Below, in pieces: positions 29,021-41,152 of a DNA stretch of 64,000 nt (its first letter is position 1; every line of letters begins with the position of its first letter). The notes below the pieces were generated by a model. It searched no databases and was not told the origin of the DNA. It saw nothing but the letters and a program-made list of their open reading frames with translations. Source of the stretch: the human T2T-CHM13v2.0 reference genome, Homo sapiens; the NCBI RefSeq assembly GCF_009914755.1, contig NC_060934.1. One strand, written 5' to 3'. Position numbers and translations under genes: made by a program.

Positions 29021-30125
29021 AAAGTATACAGGGAACTCCTGCTAGTCAATAGCAATAATAATAATAATCATCATCATATTTTTAAAATGGGCAAAGAGTG
29101 GAATAGATATTTCTCAAGAGAAGACATACAAATGGCCCACAGGTAACTGAAAAAGTGCTCAACATCACGAATTATTATACATAAATCAAAATCACAATGA
29201 GCTATCACCTCATACCTGTTAGGGTCCTTATTATTGAAAAAGCAAAATATAACAAGTGTTTGGGAGAATATGGGGAAAAGGAACCTTGGTACACTGTTGG
29301 TGGGAATGTAAATTGTTACACTCATTAAGGAATACCATAAAGGTTCCTAAAAAAATTGAAAGTAGAACCACCATGTGATCCAGCAATCCCACTTCTAGAT
29401 ATTTATCTAAAAGAATTGAAATCAGTATCTTGAAGTCATAGCTGCACCACCATGTTCACTGCAGCGTTATTCATAACAGCAAAGATTTGGAAACAACCTA
29501 GATGTCCACTAACATGCAAATGAATAAAGAAAGTATGATGTATATATGCATGGCACACTATTTAACCTTTGAAAAGAAGGAAATCTTGTCATTTTTAACA
29601 ACATTGATGGACCTAGGGAACAATTTGCTAAGTGAAATAAGCCAGACACAGAAAGACAAATTCTGTATGATCTCATTTATTCATTTATATGTGGAATCTA
29701 AAATAGTCAAACTTTTAGAAGCAGAGAGCGAATGCTGGCTACCAGGAGGGTGGGGAAGGAGAAATCGGGAGGTTATGGGCAAAGGGTACAATGTTATACA
29801 GGATAAATAAGTTCTACAGATCTACTATGCAGTATAGTGCCTGTAACTAACAATACTGTATTTTGTACTTACATTTTACTGAAAGGGTAGATGTTACGTT
29901 AAGTGTTCATACCACACACTTACACACACACACACACATAAAATAATAATAAAGGGAGTGGGCAGGAACTTCAGGAGTTAATGGATTGATGAATATATTT
30001 ATGAACTTTATGCTGGTTATGGTTTCAGGAGTGTATACTTATCTCCAAACTTGTCAAGTCGTATACATTAAACAAGTATAACTTTCAACCTGTCAATCAT
30101 ATTTCAATAAGGTGATTTTTCTAAA
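28575..30125 (+). mobile_element. L1MA/L1MB-like ORF2 C-terminal part and 3' UTR
   Basis: aaaagcttctgcat..gaatgggagaaaatgtttgcaaac, gatccagcaatcccacttct, ctaagtgaaataagccagacacagaaagacaaa. (CA)n at about 29912-29938. Confidence 0.92.
28704..29016 (+). mobile_element. AluS element with long pure poly(A)
   Basis: Dimeric Alu with about 38 A. TSD atccgaagtata / atccaaagtata. Confidence 0.96.
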
Positions 30126-30417
30126 AAGAAGATATTCTCTCATGTTTTCTTCCAGAAGATTCATTATTTAATCATTTATATATAAGTCTATAAATCCACC
30201 TCTAATTTGTTTTGGTGTATGTTATGGGTAGAGGTCAGATTTCATTTTTTTCTCCTGGACAGCTATCCAATGGACCTATCACTGCTTACTGGAAAAGACC
30301 ATTCTTCCATTTACAGAATTGTAGCAGTGTTAAATTAATCAGGTGACCATATAAAAAGTGGTATGTTTCTGGGCCTCCTTCCATTGATGTATTTATATAC
30401 CTTTGGTCCATACCATG

Positions 30418-30720
<303 letters not shown>

Positions 30721-31545
30721 TCATACTATATCTTAATTACTATAGCTTTGTAGTAATTCATAAACTTGCTGGTGTAAATCCTCCAACTTTGTTTTTCTTC
30801 AAGACTCTCATGGCTATTCTAAGTGCTTTGCATTTCCAGATAAAGTTTAGAATATCTTGCCAATTACTAAAATTAAAAAGCTTCCTAGGGCTTTGATTTG
30901 GATATCATTGAATCTTTAGATCAAACTGGGCAGAAATAACATCTTTAAAACACTGAGTCTTCCAATTTGTAAAGATGGTAAACCTCTCTATTTAGGTCTT
31001 TAATGTCTCTCAGCAATGTTTTGTAGTAAAAACTAAAAAGTGTAGACGCTTTGTATCTTTTTTGGGAGAATTTATTTCTGGTTATTTGATGGGGTTTGTT
31101 AGTGCTATTTTAAGTGCTATCATTTACTTTCCATTTCAAATGGTTCATTGTTAATATATAGCAATAAAACAGATTTTTACATATTGACATTATATCCAGG
31201 GATATAATAAATTCAGTCTTTAAGTGGAATAAGGATCCTTTTGGATTTTTTACACGCACAAAACATGTCATCTTTATAAAAGATAATTTACTTCTTTCTT
31301 TATAATCTTTAAATTTTGTGTCTATTTTTCTGCCCTCCGGACTCACTAGAATATCTAGTGCAATGTTGAATTGAAATGATGATAGTAGACATCCTTACCA
31401 TTAATGTAGTAAACAATGTTGTTTGATTTCTAATAGCAAATTGACTAAAATTCTAAAATATATATTGTATATTGATTTATTCTATTTACTATGTTTTTGT
31501 TTAAGATTTTTGCATCTATGGTCATGAGGGATATTGGCCTACAAT

Positions 31546-31630
31546 CTCCCTCCCTCCCTCCTTCCCTCCCTTCCTCCCTCCCTTCTTCCTTCCTTCCTTC
31601 CTTCCTTCTTTCCTTCTCTCATTCTCTCTT
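31546..31630. repeat. (CCCT)n/(CCTT)n polypyrimidine microsatellite
   Basis: Tandem ccct and cctt units. Confidence 0.93.
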
Positions 31631-31696
31631 TGTTTTTTGCGTCTTGTTAGGTTTTAATATCGAGGCTATGCTGACCTAATATAAATGTTTGGTAGT

Positions 31697-32079
31697 TGTA
31701 TTAGTCTGTTTTCATACTGTCATAAAGAAGTACCTTAGACTGAGTAATTTATGAAGAAAAGAGGTTTACTTGACTCACAATTCTGCAGGCTTAACAGGAA
31801 GCATGGCTAGGAGGCCTGAGGAAACTTATAATCACAGTGGAAGGGGAAGGGGAAGCAAGCACATCTTACCATGGTAGAGAAGGAGAGAGAGGGAGACCAA
31901 GGGAAGTGCTACACTTTTAAACCATGAGATCTTGTGAAAACTTGCTCGCTACCGTGAGAATAGCTTGCGGGAAATCTACCTCCATGATCCAATCACCTCC
32001 CAACAGTTCCCTCCCCTGACATGTGGGGATTACAATTCTACATGAGGTTTGGATAGAGACACAGCTCTAAACCATATCA
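31697..32079 (-). mobile_element. THE1D/MSTA-like solo LTR
   Basis: tgtattagtctgttttcatactg ... accatatca. TSD gtagt/gcagt. Confidence 0.92.
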
Positions 32080-33239
32080 GCAGTATTCGGTTTTTTTTTT
32101 CTATTCTCTGGATATGTTTGTTTAAATTTGGTATGGCTTCTTTTCTAAATATTTTTAAAATTTTATCAGTGAAACAACCTGACCTGGAGTTTTCTTTGTG
32201 TGAAGGTTTTTAATTACAGACTCGATATGAGACTATTCTGTTTTTTTACATTTCTTCTTCTGTCACTTTTGATGCATTTTCTTAGGAATAGTGTGTTCTA
32301 CCTAATTTTTTAAAGCTTTGTCATAAAATTATTCATAATATCCCTATATTATTCCTAATGTCTCTAGAAAATGTATTTTTGTCCCTCTTTTCTGTCTTAA
32401 TATTACTAATTTGTGGGGTTTTCCAGCCATCTTCTAAATTGGCCTTACTAGCAATTTGTTATTTTATTAATGTTTTCAAAGAACTATTTTTAAGGCTTCT
32501 ACTCATATCTATTTTCTTTGGGTATAATACACGAGTCTTTTTCTAGCTTGTTGGTATAGAAGTTTAGATTTTTAAGCTTTCTTTATTTCCAACAAGTGAA
32601 TTTAGAACTCAAAAATCTTCTCTGAGCACCTCTTTAGCTGCATCCTGCAAGTTTTCATGTTTTATTAGCTCATTAGCATTCAGTTCAAAATACTCTCTAA
32701 TTTCCATCATGATTTCTTCATTGCCCATGAGTTATTTAGAAATGTTTTACTTATTTTCTAAACATTTGATGATCTTTACCATATCTCTTATTTATTTTTA
32801 ATTCATTTTTTCTGAGGTCTAAGACATATAATCTGTATGATATCAATTCTGAGATATTTCAAAGAGCTTTCTTTGTGGCCAAGCATATGAGCTCTGCTTG
32901 TTTGATCAGTTACAGAAAAAAAATAGAGTGTTAAAATCTTCAACACCATGATTGAGAATTGGTCCACTTAAAAAATAATTCTATCACTATTAGCTTTATA
33001 TGTTTTGGAATTTTGTTTTTGGGGAGAAAAGAATTGTTCTATTTTCCTCTTGAATTATCTTTTAATCAGTACCTCAAATAAAATATCTTGTCTTATGCCT
33101 TATCGATATGAGTATAGGTACAAGGTTCTGATATGAATATAGGTATAGGTTCTTTTGGTTGATATCAGTACAGTATATTTTTTACCCATCTTTTTTTACT
33201 TTTAACCTTTCTATGTCTTTATATTTATACATGCCCTTC

Positions 33240-34310
33240 AACTTACAATTGGGTTACCTCTCAATAAATTCATCATAGGTTGAAAATATTCCATGTTGAA
33301 AATGCAATGAGTACATCTAACCTAACAAACATCATAGTTTAACTTAGCCTATCTTAGATGGGCTCCAAACACTTACTTTGGTCTAGAGTAGGTAAATGTA
33401 AAATGGGGCAAAATTGTGTAACACACAGCCTACTGTGGTGAATACTATACACAGATGGGCATTTTGTAGACATGAAGGTGTCAGAGGTATGTGAACCAGA
33501 GCAACTCCATCTTAAATAGGAGCTGGGTAAAATAAGGCTGAGACCTACTGGACTGCAATTCCAGACAGTTAAGGCATTGTAAGTCACAGGATAAGACAGG
33601 AGGTCAGCACAAGATACAGGTCATAAAGACCTTGCTGATAAAACAGTTTGCAGTAAAGAAGCTGGCTAAAACCCATCAAAACCAAGATGGCCACGAGAGT
33701 GACCTCTGGTCATGCTCACTGCTACACTTCCACCAGTGCCACAAGTGTTTACAAATCACATGGCAATATCAGGAAGTTATGGTCTAAAAAGGAGAGGCAT
33801 AAAAAAATCCAAGCCTTGTATAGCCTGTTATCAAGAAATAACCATAAAAATGGGCAACCAGCAGCCCTCAGCACTGCTCTGTCTATGGAGTAGCCATTCT
33901 TTTATTCCTTTACTTTCTTAATAAACTTGCTTTCACTTTACTCTATGGACTCGCTCTGAATTCTTTCTTCCATGAGATCCAAGAACCCTCTCTTGCAGTC
34001 TGGATCGGGACCTCTTTCTTGTAACAAAGGGATGCAAAAATATAAAACACAATATCAAAAAAAAAATCCTGGAAACACAGTACACTGTAAAGTATTCATT
34101 ATTTACCCTTTGTGATTGCATGGCTAACTGGGAGCTGTGGCTTGCTACCTGCCCAGCATCACAAGAGAGCATCTTATCACCTACTGCTAGCCCAGAAAAA
34201 AATTGAAATTCTAAATTGAAGTAAGGTTTCTACCAAATGTGCCTCACTTTTGCACCATCCTGAAGTCAAAAAGTCGTAAAGCAAACCAGTGGAAGTAGAG
34301 GGACTGTCTG
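33240..34310. mobile_element. Tigger4 (Zombi)-like DNA transposon split by MER41A
   Basis: gggttacctctcaataaattcatc..gttgaaaatgca..aacatcatag..ttagcct on the left; gctaactgggagctgtggct..cttttgcaccatc..gggactgtctg|ta on the right. Confidence 0.8.
33479..34026 (+). mobile_element. Solo MER41A-like LTR (ERV1)
   Basis: tgtcagaggtatgtgaaccagagcaactccatctt ... aataaacttgctttcac ... gtaaca; 548 bp; perfect TSD aagg. Confidence 0.93.
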
Positions 34311-34422
34311 TAAAGTGTTGTGTTACAAAGAGCACATAGTTGCTTTTCTTATTCTGTTTGGCAATCTTTAATATAATTACTGATATAGTTGGACTTCAGT
34401 TTACCTTTTTAAAAAGAGTTTG

Positions 34423-34985
34423 TGTTGTGATATCACTCTGACTGCATGCTGGGTGTGCTCCTCCCTCCCCCTTTTAAGGTGTTAAATGTCAATACATACC
34501 ATACCAAAGAGAGCAGTCATGGTAATCTAAATGTCTATTATTTACTTAGGTCTATGCAAAGCAAAGGTGTTTCCTTGAGAAAAGAATGGAGTCCAGCAGC
34601 AACAGAGGTCTCTGAAGACTGATTGAGGGAAAGACAGAGAGAGCATACAGTCTGGGGGACAAATATTTCTAGAAAAAGACCCTCAGAGTGGGATTTTTAA
34701 AAGATGCTAGAGGAGGTCTATTTCAGGCAGTCTTGGGAGATCCAACTAGGCAGGGTAGGGTGCTGTGCATGCAGCTTATTGAGGTGCAGCTAAAGTCAGT
34801 GCAGTTCATATTTCCTGGTCCTCACCCAGTAAATTCAAATGAGCATCTACCAGTTTTCACCCTGTGGGTACAACTGAGTAGACCACCAAGTTCATTTGAC
34901 AGGTATTCAATGGTTTAATCGAAGGGTTTGATTTAATGGCTTAAATGTGAATTTTCTGGGGATGAATCAATTGTATTTCTCCACA
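34423..34985. mobile_element. Putative solo LTR, family not recognised
   Basis: 563-bp block, more GC-rich than the surrounding T-rich L1, with TG...CA ends and flanks gtttg/atttg. Confidence 0.55.
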
Positions 34986-36849
34986 ATTTGTACCCTCTGT
35001 TTTAATTCTTTTATTCATTCTTTTGTTCATTCTTTTAGGTTAATCAAATATATTTTTAAAGTTTTCCCCTTTCTTTTTAATTATTTAGTGTAATATTATT
35101 GTATAATCTGCAGCCTTAACTAATTACAATCCACCTTATTAAAAATTAATATTTGTGTTATGTCTCAAATAATGCAAGAATTGTACAATTCATCTCCATT
35201 TACTTTACTTGTCATTAACCAACAAGATATTCTTAATTTTCTTATAAACCATCAATATTATTTGCTATTTACTCCCATATTCACAGTTTCTAGTGTTTTT
35301 CATTCTTCTTCCAGTTCTGTGCTTCTATCTTAAATTATTTTCCTTCAGCTCAAAGATCTTTTGAAAATGTTCCTTATAGTTTTAGTCGTCTGGAGAAAAA
35401 GGTTCTCAGCCTTTGATTGTCTGAATATGCCTTTGTTTTTGCCTTCAATTTTGATCTTTATTTTATCTCATTTTCTCATAGAATTTTAACTGTGTTTTTG
35501 GTTTGTTTGTTTGTTTTGTTTACTTTCAGCACTTTCAATGTGCCATTCTATTGTCTTCTGGCTTTTACAGTTTCTGTTGAAGTCAACCATCAGTCTTATT
35601 TTAAGCTCCTACTTTGAAAATAATATTTCTTCTTTCTCAGGCTAATCTCTAAAGATTTTTTGTTTGTTTTTTTTGTTGGTTTTGTTTTTTTTTTTTGTAT
35701 TTAGAAGTTTTAGTGTGATGTGCCCAGGGGTGGTTTCTTTGTATTTATTCTATCAAGGGCCCACTGAGTTTTGTGACTCTGTTGGTTTGTGTCTTTAATC
35801 ATCCTAGACAATCTCAGCAATTATCACTTCAAATATTTTTTGAACCTGTTCTCTATCTCCTCCTGGAATTCCATTCAGACATGTTAGATCTTTGTCTGTC
35901 TTTCATTTTATTTTATACTTTATCTGTTTTCTTCATTCTTTTTCCTTTTTCTCTGTGCTTCACTTTATTTCTTATTGATCTATCTCTGAGTTCATTAATT
36001 TTGCCTTTAAATGTTTCTGGTCTGATTTTAAGGCCATAAATGATATGTTAATTTTGAACACTGTGTTTAATATCTCTAGACCATTCATCTGATTCTCTTT
36101 TATGGATTACAGTTCTCTGTTGAAATACTTTATTTTTACCCATTTTTGCACATCTTTCCTATGTTCTCTTTAACATAATAACCAAAATGACTTTGAAGCT
36201 CTTGTCTCTATGCCCATGTCTTATTTTCTGTGGGTCTGCTTCTATTGCTTTATATTTTTGCCTGAATATAGATTGCATATTCTTGCATATTCAGTAGTCT
36301 GGTAAGTTTTGATAATATGCTAGACAGTGTCCAAAAAAAAGTCATAAAATGTCCAGATGATATTTTTCACCAGTAACAATTTTCTCTTGCTTTCCTGTTA
36401 GGTAGGTAAGGCAATTGTCTAATCACCTCAACCGATTCATAGATTGAGCCAAAACAAGACTTGTTAGGAGTCTTGGTATGACAAACTTCATCCTTTGTAC
36501 AACCCTTATTTTGGGGGATAGGGTGAGTGGCCCTTCTGGGCATTTTTCTCAATTGCCTGATGGATTTTTGTCTTCTCATCCTTGGGACACTGCAGGGAAT
36601 TCAATTCTGTACTTCAGAAGTTTTGGACTTAGCTCTTTTGCCTCTTGCTACCCCCTGCAATAACCCACCTCTTCAACTCTCCCCACCAGCTCTGAAATCT
36701 AGGAAATTTCTTGAAGTGGAGGCAAGTTGGATGTTTGAATCAGGCTAACTCCCTCTGGTAGAACTCTTTTTCCTGAGCCTCCTAAGATTATGGAAGATTT
36801 TACTGAGCCTTTGAGAAGAATTTGACATTTTTAAAGTCTTCTATGCTTT

Positions 36850-37345
36850 TCAGTTATCTAGTGCTGTCTAACAAACCACCCTGAAACTCAGTTGCTTAAA
36901 GCAATAATAGCCATTTATTTTGATCACGAATCTGCAATTTGGGAAAGGTTTGATGTGGATGCTTCACTTCTTTGCTGTGGAGCTTTGGCTGGAGTGGTAA
37001 GAATCCAGTTCTATGATGGCTTACTCACATGTCTGGCAAGTTGGTACTGGCTGTTGGCTGGGAGCTTAGCTGAAGTTATTGGCTAAGTTTCCTCTCCACA
37101 TGGGCAGGTCCATGTAGCTGTTTGGATATTCTCACAGCATGACTTTTGGGTTCTAAGAGGCAGGAAATGGAAGATGCCAATCTTTTAAAGCCTAGGCTTA
37201 GAATTTGTTTCAGCATCACTTCTGTAGTATTTTATTTGTCAAAGCAGTCACTGAGCCTGCCTAGATTCAAGGGTGAGGGACATAAATCCCAACTCTCAAT
37301 AGAAGAAATGTGAAAGAATTTATGACCATCTTTAATTCACCACAC
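36850..37345 (-). mobile_element. MLT1 (H/I/J-like) LTR
   Basis: aacaaaccaccctgaaactcagttgcttaaa..tctgcaatttggga..ctggctgttggctgggag..tttaattcaccaca. Confidence 0.8.
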
Positions 37346-38050
37346 ACACGCCATCCCAAAGTTCAATAAATATTCTATGAGAAAAACAGGCCGCACTTTT
37401 GGGTCTCCTTAAGACTCCGACATGTCATTTCAGCCTTTCACAATCATTGAAAGCCTTGTTAGTTTCACTTTCCTTTAGTAGCATGCCTCTGAGTTAGTTA
37501 CTCAATATAACCCTCAGTTCAGGCCCAGAGTCTGAAAATGTTCCCAGTGATGAAACCACAGGGGATGATTATTCACCTCTGAATGGCATCCCCTGTCTGG
37601 AATTCAAATTTATCCATGTTGTTTCTATAGCTCTTCAACAATTTGAAGCCATGGTAATTATTGAGACTTCTCAGTAAGGATGCAAAAAGTAAGAAGAGAA
37701 GAGTGCCCAAGAGAGAATCTCAAGAACCTCTAAAGTTAAAGAAACAGAGATGAAGTTTAGATCAACAAACAACAGGCAAAGGGGTAGGAAGAAAACCAAC
37801 AGAGTGCAGTGTAACGGAAGCTAAGTTTAAGTGTTGACTAGCTGGGAGTGCTCTACAATGTCAGTTGTTACAGAGAGGATATAAGATAAAGAAGAAAGCT
37901 TGCATTGGATTTCGTGACAGGTAGACAAGGTTAGAGAGGTGGTTAGGTGCAAAGATGGGTACAGCAGCTAGCAGGCCATGGATTAAGGAGCGAGTGGGAG
38001 GTGATTGATTAAGTGAACACAATGTGAGTGAAAAACTCTTTCAGTGAATA

Positions 38051-38130
38051 TGTTACAGGAAAGAGGCCCCAGTCCGGACCCCAAGAGAGGGTTCTTGGAC
38101 CTCACGCAAGAAAGAATTCAGAGTGAGTCC
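38051..38130 (-). mobile_element. 80-bp terminal fragment of a MER41/MER57-like LTR
   Basis: tgttacaggaaagaggccccagtccggaccccaagagagggttcttgga matches the reverse complement of the 3' end of the MER41A at about 33950-34026. Confidence 0.85.
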
Positions 38131-38153
38131 CGAAATTCTTGTCTTCTATTTAA

Positions 38154-38498
<345 letters not shown>

Positions 38499-39640
38499 AT
38501 GGAGGTGGTTTCTATAGAATGGACTTCATTTATAAATAGAAATTTAGTTCCCTGCTAAACACATTAGAAAGCATGCAGGGTTAGAAGATTTGAGAATAAA
38601 TGATGTTTGAAGTTAACCTCTGTGGGGAATAAAAAAGACAAATACAAAATAATTACAGAGCAACTTTGAGTCCAATCTCAGTCTCACCAGTCAGAGATGC
38701 TTGCAATGTAAGAAAACACAGAAATCAAACAGCTGATCTGGAGTTAGGTTTTTACGGGGCACGTGTAACAGAAGGACAACAGATCAAAGGAACTGAGGAG
38801 TTTGGCAAATGAGCCGATAAAGCAATAGATGATGAAGTCTAGGCTGTAAGGATGTAAAGTTAGGATACAGTGATAGGATGGAATAAATTAGAGCAGTCAG
38901 AGATATTTGGATGAGGTCAAAGAACAGTGATGAGATGAAAGGGGGAAATGTGTGGCCAGAGAGTAAGATGTGAAAGTTAAGCTTTCAGAGGTGGAAGAGT
39001 TCTAAGTGATGGCAAGGTGAACGTAGCAGCCACCTGAGTAGAGGGCTGAAGTGAAGAGCTAGTGAAAAGCCATCGATGCTGGGGAAGTCAGTCAAAAAAC
39101 AGCAAAGTCCAGAGGCTGAACTTGCAACTCAAAGAAATCAGAAAAAATGTCAACAGGATTAGAGGTGTCAATGAGGACAATGAAGCTGATTTCCAAGTGT
39201 ATGAATGAGAGACCCTGACCAGGGTATGGGTGAGTGACAGCAATAGAGAGAGCAAGTGAATGTTGGCCAAAATGGGGCATGACCTTCCAAAGAGCAGGAG
39301 CAAGGACTGGTATAGATTTGGAAGTGGCATTGGGCCTCCAGAAGGATGAGGACTACTCCATCTCTCAAGGCTCAGGTCTATGAAGCATGGGCCAATGAGC
39401 GCCATCTTTTTAAGAAGGCCACAGACAACAGGAATTCTCAGAAGGGAAGCCTGGTGTCTTCTGCTGTAAAGAGAAGCTGCTCCTGATACTGTCATCTACC
39501 TCCTGCTCTCACGGGGCATAGACCAACCTCTGTCGAGATAATGGGCTGGTTTTAGGTGTGTGCTGGTAACCGTTCACCTGACCAAGAGGAAGCATGTCTG
39601 CCACCACACTCTCTATCCACACAACTCCTTCTGAAGATGG

Positions 39641-41152
39641 TGAGACTGTCTTTGCAAAACTTATAACAGTGAGAAAATTATGGCAGTGAAAGACATCTGA
39701 TCTAATGAATCCCCTTCTTGCCTTTAGCCTTCAAACTGTCCTTAATCATTCCTGGGCCTGGGCCAGGCTAACTTTGGGGGACATTTAGTTAATAGTTTAA
39801 ATGATAATAGCCCTTTCCCCAAACTAAGCTGCCTTTGTAAAGCTAATAAGAGGCCACCAGGCTAGGAGGATGAAAGGAGTCTAAATTCTGTTAAGGTGTA
39901 CACATAAACAATTGCCAACCATTATTCCAGAGGTTACAAAATGTTGATGAAAAGAGTCAAACTCTGTACAATATTTTAAGAGATTTATTCTGAACCATAT
40001 ATGAGTGACCATGGCCCCTGACACAGACCTCAGGAGGTCCTGAGAATGTGTGCCCAAGTTGGTTGAGGCGCAGCTTGGTTTTGTACATTTTAGGGAAGCA
40101 TGAGACATCAATCAAATACCTTTAAGGAATACATTGGTTTGTTTCAGAAAGGCGGGACTACTTGATGTTGTGGGGGCGGATGCTTCCACGCTACAGGTAA
40201 ATTTAAACATTTTCTGGTTGACAATTGGTTGAGTTTGTCTAAAGACCTGGGATTGATAGAAAGGAAATGATCAGGTTAAGATAAAAGACTGGAGACCAAG
40301 GTTCCTTTGAAGTCTTATAGTGGCTGCCCTTAGAGACAATAGATGACAAATGTTTCCTATTCAGGTCTATAAAAGGTGTTAGATTCTTAGGTAATCTTTT
40401 TGGGATTGGGAGGGCCTGGAAGAAAAAGATCTAGCTACGTTAATAGAGATTCTGTACAAATGCAAATTTTCCCCCAGAAAGGATGGCTTGCAGGGCCATT
40501 TCAAGATATGGCAAATAAACATGTTTTGGGGTAAAAATAGTTTGATTTTCTTCCTTGCCTTGTAATGTTATGCCAGAGACCATTTGGAAAATAAGTCATG
40601 ATACATAGGGTTAAGTAAAACCCATCTCATGAGGATTTATGTTTTGTAGGGCATGACTCCCCAGATCCCTTAGACAGGAATTTGGGCAAGATAAAAACAT
40701 CAGAGCTTAGTCCTCAAAGATATGCAATTTCCCCCAATTTCTCCTGCAGATAACATCACTATTGTAGAACCCAAATTTGGCCTTTTGCGATGTCTTTTTA
40801 GGTTTTTTGCATGTCTGACAATGATGACTTCACCTGGACCCACCAACTGCCCCTGTGGCCCCACGCAGAAGTGATCCGGCACATATGAGGACCATTTCCT
40901 GCACCCTTATGACTGCACCCCAACCAATCAGCAGCAAGTGCCCATTGCCTAGCCACCCCTCCTCTTCCCCCAAACTATCTTTGAAAAAACCCTAACCTCT
41001 GAATTTTCAGGGAGGCTGATTTGAGTGCAAATAAAATTCTGATCTCCTGTTTAGCCGGCTCTACATGTATAAAACTCTTTATTGCAATTCTCTCCCTTGA
41101 TAAACCAGCTTCATCTAGGCAGGGGCCAAGAAGAACCCATTGGATGGTTACA
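39641..41152 (+). mobile_element. Solo LTR8A-like (ERV1) split by a MER4-type LTR
   Basis: tgagactgtctttgcaaaacttataacagtgagaaaattatggcagtg ... cccattggatggttaca. Perfect TSD atgg. Confidence 0.9.
39942..40716 (-). mobile_element. MER4E/MER4D-like solo LTR
   Basis: Minus strand starts TGAGGACTAAGCTCTGAT..TCTTGCCCAAATTCC and ends ..CATCAACA. TSD aaaa/aaga. Confidence 0.9.

Noticed and set aside
33479-34026. MER41 as an interferon-gamma/STAT1 enhancer
   Set aside because: I see no TTCnnnGAA motif. The length and sequence fit MER41A, which lacks the tandem GAS sites of MER41B.
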